Positions 48,654 through 54,188 of a DNA stretch of 54,188 nucleotides are shown piece by piece. Position numbers and translations under genes: made by a program. Numbering within the stretch: position 1 is the first letter of the stretch; every line of letters begins with the position of its first letter. Origin of the DNA: a virus. Its lineage: Duplodnaviria; Caudoviricetes. The stretch covers positions 1 to 54,188 of the IMG/VR virus record IMGVR_UViG_3300008050_007858; one strand, given 5' to 3'. A model generated the notes under the pieces. The model saw only the letters and a list, made by a program, of their open reading frames with translations, was not told where the DNA came from and ran no database searches.

Positions 48654-49903
48654 TAAATGTCCAGTTGAGAAAAGAGTTCATCTATTTCTTCACTGGTAGA
48701 GTCCATCTCCAAAATGGCGTCTACATACTTTTGATATATTTTTTCCTCTGAAAATTCAACCTTTAAATATTCCTGTAACTGTTTTGCCATGGATCGCTTA
48801 GCCCCTAGAGCTTCATAAGTGCTACGCAGCGATTTCTTATATGCTTCTACATCTACATAAGCCCATTTTGTGCCCCGGTTTATAACCCCATCCCAGACTG
48901 CTGCTTCTTCCACTGGTTTTAAATCGTATTTAATTTTGGTAAACAGAGGGGCTTTTTTGACCCTCCCGGATGTTGGGTTTTTCACAGGAGCGTACAAGAA
49001 ATCATTTTGGCCTGACCAAGCAGGCGCTACGACGGGCAATCCACTATAAGCAGCTTCAAAAATTGGTAGACCATACCCCTCGCCATGAGTAGTCGTTATA
49101 TAAGATTTCACAGAAGGAATTTTATATAAAGAATGAAGCTCATCTTCGCTTAGGTTTCCATGAACCAGATATACTTGACATTTTCTATCCGGATATTTTC
49201 CGCACCACGAGGAAATCTTCTTTGTGGTCATTTCATCGTCGATGATAGAATGGTTTCCCGTGTGGAACTTTAACAAAAGACCCACATCATCATTATCATG
49301 AAATTCTTCTATGAAGTTCTTTACGAGGGTGCCCACGTCCTTACGGGGGGATATCTGAGCTATCGCTAAGAAATTAAACTTTGTTTTTAGGTCGAGGTTG
49401 AGATCCACTACCTTCTTTTCCTTGACAGGATATCCAATAACGTCTATTGGTGTCTCTAGTCGCACTATGCCAGTCTCGCCAGTCTTTTTATCCTCAAATG
49501 GATAAGAAGTATTCAGGGAGCACTTAGCATGTTCAGATACTACAATGATTTTATCCACTTGGTTACATGCTTGAATCCATTCTGGGGATGCTTTATCTGT
49601 TTCTATTCCTGCGGTTACGCCGATATTAATAGTTGCGTGGTTTTGCCACTCAGTAGGCACCGTTACCTGAAGGGATATATCAAACTTGCCGCCGACATGA
49701 GCCATTTTGTTCATACACTCTAAGATACCCTTGGTCTCGGGATCATTGGTATCAATTGGCCAATTTGATACGCCCCACTCAATAGGCACCACATATATAT
49801 CAAATTGGTCCGGGCGGCTCTTTAGGGCTCTGTAAACGAGGCGGGCGTGTTCTCCATATCCACTCTTACTGAGAATTGGTCCCTTTAATAGTACTCTTAT
49901 CAT
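48653..49903 (-). CDS. glycosyltransferase family 4
   Basis: SGYG, RKD, HGEGYGLPIFEAAYSGLPVV. Confidence 0.88.
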   Translation of the reverse strand: MIRVLLKGPILSKSGYGEHARLVYRALKSRPDQFDIYVVPIEWGVSNWPIDTNDPETKGILECMNKMAHVGGKFDISLQVTVPTEWQNHATINIGVTAGIETDKASPEWIQACNQVDKIIVVSEHAKCSLNTSYPFEDKKTGETGIVRLETPIDVIGYPVKEKKVVDLNLDLKTKFNFLAIAQISPRKDVGTLVKNFIEEFHDNDDVGLLLKFHTGNHSIIDDEMTTKKISSWCGKYPDRKCQVYLVHGNLSEDELHSLYKIPSVKSYITTTHGEGYGLPIFEAAYSGLPVVAPAWSGQNDFLYAPVKNPTSGRVKKAPLFTKIKYDLKPVEEAAVWDGVINRGTKWAYVDVEAYKKSLRSTYEALGAKRSMAKQLQEYLKVEFSEEKIYQKYVDAILEMDSTSEEIDELFSQLDI

Positions 49904-51165
49904 ATCGTTTTAAATCTCCATTTTTGATGGTTTTTTCTTTCTTCCCAAGATCCATTTTTCTCATGGAAATCAGTCATACACTGAACCCATCTATCTTTAA
50001 AATCGCTGAAGTTGTAATTCTTTTCTACATGTGCTCTTCCTGCTTTTCCGAGTTGGGCTCGTTCCTCAGGGCTCATTTCATATATTTTAACCAAAGAATC
50101 AATAAATTCTTCTTTAGTGATCCTATCCTCGTATATCCATGGCACCTGTTGGGATCCTATGACAGCCTTGGAGGCGGGCTCAATACCTATGCCAAAATAA
50201 TTTTCGCCGTCGGTGACCTGCTCCTGTAATCCCCCGGTCATGTTAACGATAATGGGTGTCTCACAAGACAGGGACTCCAGGGTTGATAACCCAAAACCTT
50301 CGGCATCTGATATATTAACCGTACAATCGGCCAAGTTATACATGAGGGATAAATCCTGCGCACTGATCTTGTCTACAGAAAACCCTATTTGCCCATTGGT
50401 GAGACCCAAATCATCAGCAATGTAGTCCAACGGCTGTCCGTGGGGATCGTGAAGATCAGTGTGCATAAGAAGAGTTGCTTTATCATGCCCCACTCGATCG
50501 AGGAATTCCTTGAACCAGAAGATCAAAGTACCAGATTGTTTTCTGCGGGCGTTTCGATTATTCCAGAAAAATACTACTTTGCCATCCATCTTATATTGTT
50601 GACGAATATTCGAGATTTTTTCCCTGTCCTCGCTGGAGATTTTCTTTTTAAAAATATGGGTATCCACTGCGTGAGGAATGTATTGTTCATCAATGGTGGG
50701 ACTCACGGTCCTCACAATGTCGCTAGTAACCTTAGAAATAGTAGCTACCTTATCGTTGGAATCATATTTACTCTTGTTAAACACGGGATAAGGATAATTA
50801 TCCCAAACATGGTAATAGATCATAGGCACGTTCTCCCGGATCTCATCCTCCATGTGCCACAACCAATCATAAAAACGTGGGTCCGTCATAAAATATAAAA
50901 TATCAGGCTTGAATTGTAACAAACAGCGCCGTATTTCCTGTTGAGTCCCATATGCTTTAACTGGCTGTATGATCCAGTCATTCCCATAGGCTTCCACAGC
51001 GGTTGTTTCATAAGAGGGGTGATCTACTGCTCCTCCTAGTGAAATTACTTTAAACTTCCCGCTTTGAAGGAGGGCCTCTATAATATACTTAGTCTGGGTG
51101 GCTACCCCAGAAGGAAGTAAAGGATGATCACTAATAGTCATCACTGTTATCTTTTTATCGGTCAA
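49900..51165 (-). CDS. glycosyltransferase family 4
   Basis: SGVA, IPHAVD, NRNARRK, AEGFGLSTLESLSCETPII. TTG start with AGGAGG SD. Confidence 0.88.
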   Translation of the reverse strand: MTDKKITVMTISDHPLLPSGVATQTKYIIEALLQSGKFKVISLGGAVDHPSYETTAVEAYGNDWIIQPVKAYGTQQEIRRCLLQFKPDILYFMTDPRFYDWLWHMEDEIRENVPMIYYHVWDNYPYPVFNKSKYDSNDKVATISKVTSDIVRTVSPTIDEQYIPHAVDTHIFKKKISSEDREKISNIRQQYKMDGKVVFFWNNRNARRKQSGTLIFWFKEFLDRVGHDKATLLMHTDLHDPHGQPLDYIADDLGLTNGQIGFSVDKISAQDLSLMYNLADCTVNISDAEGFGLSTLESLSCETPIIVNMTGGLQEQVTDGENYFGIGIEPASKAVIGSQQVPWIYEDRITKEEFIDSLVKIYEMSPEERAQLGKAGRAHVEKNYNFSDFKDRWVQCMTDFHEKNGSWEERKNHQKWRFKTI

Positions 51166-51177
51166 GTTGATGTCCTC

Positions 51178-52017
51178 CTATGAACAATATTCCGTCTGGT
51201 AAAACTCGCACGTTCCGAAACGGTCTTTACAGTTTGTACACGCAGCCCGGTTTTTGATATAATTTTCTTTGGTAATATTATGTAATGCTTTAGTCAAAGC
51301 GTTAAGGGCATCTGTCGTTCTTTTTTTAGCTGCCGTCACTCTGACGAATTCTGCCTTCTTGCCGGCTTTCGCTGTTCGCTTCAATAAAACGAAGTGACAA
51401 TCCACATCTTTGGGGTCAACTTCGTACTTCTGGGCATAGAAATGCTTGTAGAATACGAGTTGATAAGCGAGGATTTTGTCGCTCTTCTTTTCACGCTTCC
51501 ATCCCCAAGAGCAGGTCTTCCAATCAATCAGGTGAACTTTTTCATCCTTCTTGGAGTAGACCACGAGGTCAATAAAACCTTTGAAGTTTTTTTCTGCTTC
51601 CGTGAATTCTGTGATGGGTACATAGAGTTGTTCTTCTGCTTTGAGTACTTCCCAGTCCTCGCCCAGCTTGCCGAACTTGTCGGCTAGGCATCGGTAAAGG
51701 TCCGGAACGATTTCAATACCATTTACAAGCCACTCTTTGAGTTTAAAATCACGCTTGGCTCGCTGTTGCTCACTCTCGGGCAGAGCTTTGAGTTCTTTCA
51801 AGAACTGCTCTTTAACTAGCGTTTCAATTGTGCCGGCACCTCTGTACTTTTCGGGAGAAGTCAAAGTAAATTCACAAACAGTGTGAAGAGCCTTCCCAAA
51901 AGCAGTGAAAATGTTGCCCTCGAACTGGGCAACCTTGTCAATGTAAGTTAGTTTGTGATAGTGGGGGCAGATGTGCCAGTTCCGCCACTCGGAATACGAA
52001 ATGTGTTTGCCGGCCAA
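51178..52017 (-). CDS. PD-(D/E)XK nuclease, Cas4/RecB/AddB-like, with likely Fe-S cysteines
   Basis: HISYS...CP, FGKALH, AEEQL, FKGFIDL, LIDWKT, QLVFY, and C-terminal CTNC...C...C. Confidence 0.85.
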   Translation of the reverse strand: MAGKHISYSEWRNWHICPHYHKLTYIDKVAQFEGNIFTAFGKALHTVCEFTLTSPEKYRGAGTIETLVKEQFLKELKALPESEQQRAKRDFKLKEWLVNGIEIVPDLYRCLADKFGKLGEDWEVLKAEEQLYVPITEFTEAEKNFKGFIDLVVYSKKDEKVHLIDWKTCSWGWKREKKSDKILAYQLVFYKHFYAQKYEVDPKDVDCHFVLLKRTAKAGKKAEFVRVTAAKKRTTDALNALTKALHNITKENYIKNRAACTNCKDRFGTCEFYQTEYCS

Positions 52018-52031
52018 TGTAACCTTCTTTC

Positions 52032-52700
52032 TTATTGGGTTTCTAGGTGGTGAAGATTATTAATCTTCTCATATAAAATAGGGCTCATTTTTTTTACTTC
52101 ATCACGCTTACCTAAATAGTAAGCCTCAAAGCCTGTAGCGAAATATTCTCTCAGTGAAACGGCTGCGTAGGGACGGACAAATATTCCCGAGGTCATCATG
52201 CGTAATGCCGTTTTCCCTAACCTCTTATAAAGAAACTCATCAAAGTTCTCATCATATTTAAGATTACCAAAATTATAACCCTCGACTCGGTACCCCTCTG
52301 ACTGGATTTCGAATTTTAGCTGTTTTCTCTTTCTTAAAAACTCTCGCTTAAGAGACTCGTCGCCATAAATATCTTCTGGGGTAATGGTTTCCATATGATG
52401 GGCAAACTCATGAATTATATCGTCTATTAAGTCTTGAGAACTAGACTGTTGATTGGAAATATAAAACACTCCATCTTTATAAACGGCGTTCACCTCCCGT
52501 GTATCAAATTCATCTAAGTGGATTATTTCAATCCCCTTAAGGTGATGTAGGTAATGCGAGGGAAAATTATTCTCAATGGATTTAAAGACAGCATTTAGAT
52601 TAATATTGTCCGAAATCGGGTCGATCTCTTTTACCTCTATTCCCCCTAGGTTGAAAAATCGAGGGGAATTATTGATCTTTTCTAAAATGTATTTTCTCAC
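52032..52700 (-). CDS. putative zincin metallopeptidase
   Basis: IIHEFAHH (HExxH) with downstream YA...EYFATGFEAY (third-ligand Glu). Confidence 0.65.
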   Translation of the reverse strand: MRKYILEKINNSPRFFNLGGIEVKEIDPISDNINLNAVFKSIENNFPSHYLHHLKGIEIIHLDEFDTREVNAVYKDGVFYISNQQSSSQDLIDDIIHEFAHHMETITPEDIYGDESLKREFLRKRKQLKFEIQSEGYRVEGYNFGNLKYDENFDEFLYKRLGKTALRMMTSGIFVRPYAAVSLREYFATGFEAYYLGKRDEVKKMSPILYEKINNLHHLETQ

Positions 52701-54004
52701 AGTATCTCTGCTGCCAGTGTGGCTAAGGTCGATCGCTCGCCCTTGTATAAGGTAACATGTCCAGAAATCGGGAATTCTTTAAACTTCTCTACTGCGTGAG
52801 TAAGCCCGTTAGAAACAGCATCAACGTATGAGTTGTCAATTTGTTGAATGTCACCTGTCAACACTAATTTAGTCCCATGTCCTACTCTAGTTATTATAGT
52901 CTTTAATTCATGGGCTGTTAAGTTCTGGGCTTCATCTACAATCATAAAAGCATTGGAAATGGAGCGCCCACGAATATAGGTCATAGCTTCTATTTCAACT
53001 ACCCCTTGTTCCATATGCATATCTAATGCTGTTTTATCTCCAAACAAATATTCAAGATTATCTCGGAGAGGCGCAATCCACGGCATCATTTTTTCCTCTA
53101 AAGTTCCGGGCAAAAAACCTATATCTCTTCCCATGGGCTGAACGGGACGAGTAATTATTAACTTATCATATCCTCCTTGGGATTTTGCGCTGTGTAGTAC
53201 TTGTTCCAATCCGCAAGCGGCAGCGATGAGTGTTTTTCCTGTACCCGCTTGCCCGGTCAGTGAGACTATGTGTACATCATTATCAAAAAGAAGATCCATA
53301 GCAAATTTTTGCTCTTTATTATTTGCTGAGAGTCCCCAGATATCTTTGTAGGTATAAACCTTACGCAGTGGCGTTTCGTAATCCACGAAGCGAGCAATTG
53401 CTGATTTATTGGGATCGTTGGCCGATTTTAATATCACATAATGGTTAGGATAAATCTCAGTCTTTTGAGGAGGAAGGAGTACTGGCTCACCGTCATAAAA
53501 ATTATCAATAATATCATTCGCTGTTTCTATTTCCGTAGATCCATCATATAATTTCTCAACTGATTTTACGGCTTGCTGTGGCTGGTAATCATAACACTCA
53601 ATTCCAAAGGAGTCACATTTAACTCTCATGTTTAGGTCTCGGGAGATTACAGCAACATCCTGCCCTTCCAATTTGAGACGCAAAGTCACCGCAATAATTT
53701 TATTATCAGCATCGCCGGGCTCCATCCCGGCTGGTAAATAACGAGGGTCATATTGGGCAGCGAATACTCTCCCTTTGCCGCTGCCCAAAGGTACCCCCGA
53801 AAAAAGGCTGCCTTTTTTTCTTAAGTTATCCAATACTCGGTTCATCATACGAGCATTTAATCCCGCTGTATCTTGGCGGTGCTTGTGCTTGTCTATTTCA
53901 TCTAGAACCATGGTGGGTATAGCAATATCGCTTCTGCCGAAACTAAACAGCGACTGTGCTTCGGTGAGGTAAACGTTAGTATCAAGAATTAAGGTTTTAG
54001 TCAA
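52697..54004 (-). CDS. phoH: PIN-PhoH fusion protein (PhoH2-type)
   Basis: LILDTNV...DEID...ADNKI...ISRDLNMRVK (PIN domain). GQAGTGKT, GFLPG, YIRGRS, DEAQN, GDIQQID (PhoH ATPase). Confidence 0.93.
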   Translation of the reverse strand: MTKTLILDTNVYLTEAQSLFSFGRSDIAIPTMVLDEIDKHKHRQDTAGLNARMMNRVLDNLRKKGSLFSGVPLGSGKGRVFAAQYDPRYLPAGMEPGDADNKIIAVTLRLKLEGQDVAVISRDLNMRVKCDSFGIECYDYQPQQAVKSVEKLYDGSTEIETANDIIDNFYDGEPVLLPPQKTEIYPNHYVILKSANDPNKSAIARFVDYETPLRKVYTYKDIWGLSANNKEQKFAMDLLFDNDVHIVSLTGQAGTGKTLIAAACGLEQVLHSAKSQGGYDKLIITRPVQPMGRDIGFLPGTLEEKMMPWIAPLRDNLEYLFGDKTALDMHMEQGVVEIEAMTYIRGRSISNAFMIVDEAQNLTAHELKTIITRVGHGTKLVLTGDIQQIDNSYVDAVSNGLTHAVEKFKEFPISGHVTLYKGERSTLATLAAEIL

Positions 54005-54031
54005 TTTTTTCCCGTCTTTAAAGATGTATAA

Positions 54032-54039
54032 TAAATAGA
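54032..54039 (-). promoter_or_regulatory. candidate late promoter motif TCTATTTA(TTATA)
   Basis: Just downstream of the tmRNA terminator and upstream of phoH. Confidence 0.5.
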
Positions 54040-54045
54040 TCCATG

Positions 54046-54072
54046 AAAGAAAAAAGCCGCCCGAAGGCGGCT
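54046..54072 (-). terminator. rho-independent terminator with C(UUCG)G tetraloop
   Basis: Minus strand AGCCGCC-TTCG-GGCGGCT followed by TTTTTCTTT. Confidence 0.9.
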
Positions 54073-54188
54073 GGTGGAGGTAGGGAGAATCGAACTCCCG
54101 TCTTGTCTAGTTCCACAGAAAGGTCATTCACAAGGTTGTGTCTGTATTTATCGTCGGACAGACAACTTGACTAGATCATCTTATTATG
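54072..54188 (-). ncRNA. ssrA: tmRNA, 3' portion (gene continues beyond the window)
   Basis: Minus strand ends ...CTTGTGAATGA...GAC-GGGAG-TTCGATT-CTCCC-TACCTCC-A-CCA: T-arm, acceptor strand with U70 and A73, and encoded CCA. No matching 5' acceptor strand occurs within tRNA distance. Confidence 0.85.

Noticed and set aside
36046-51165. Bacterial chromosomal LPS/capsule locus, or a contractile injection system instead of a phage
   Set aside because: There are no export or polymerase genes and no housekeeping context. The island is seamlessly coupled to phage-type sigma, resolvase, nuclease and baseplate genes.
51178-52017. CRISPR-Cas system suggested by the Cas4-like nuclease
   Set aside because: No repeat-spacer array or other cas genes are visible. 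Solo PD-(D/E)XK nucleases are common in phages.
54072-54150. tRNA-Ala interpretation of the TTCGA...CCA element
   Set aside because: No complementary 5' acceptor strand, D-arm or anticodon arm lies within 70-95 nt. The upstream sequence fits tmRNA better.
1-54188. Stop-codon reassignment as seen in some large phages
   Set aside because: The standard code gives near-complete coding density, and TAA, TAG and TGA all terminate genes at sensible boundaries.

Overview
This 54 kb window is part of a large tailed dsDNA bacteriophage genome (contractile-tail myovirus, T4-like or jumbo type). It is not a bacterial chromosome. All credible genes lie on the minus strand, are tightly packed and use the standard genetic code. 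In transcription order (right to left) it contains: (1) the 3' end of a tmRNA with a UUCG terminator; (2) PIN-PhoH, an HExxH zinc peptidase and a Cas4/RecB-like nuclease; (3) a ~15 kb, 17-gene glycan-modification island with seven glycosyltransferase genes, three methyltransferase-like genes, a sulfotransferase, a PIG-L deacetylase, WbqC, an epimerase, a short UDP-sugar dehydrogenase, DUF2061, an APS kinase-HAD fusion and an HxGH nucleotidyltransferase; (4) small genes and a gp55-like late sigma factor; (5) a ~33 kb baseplate/tail module with a muramidase-bearing gp5-like protein, spike, gp25, gp6-like wedge, a 3188-aa LamG protein and tail-fibre attachment paralogues; (6) a RuvC-like resolvase, a small Lys-tailed protein and a truncated HAD nucleotidase. 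The best candidate for an undescribed system is a self-contained pathway for making PAPS and a sulfated glycan, with no recognisable membrane/export genes, next to virion proteins rich in [ST]-[GAS]-[ST] motifs. This suggests sulfated O-glycosylation of the virion, which is inference. A recurring intergenic motif, [CA]TA[TAG]TTA, is a candidate late promoter. All family assignments come from motif recognition by eye; no database searches were run.
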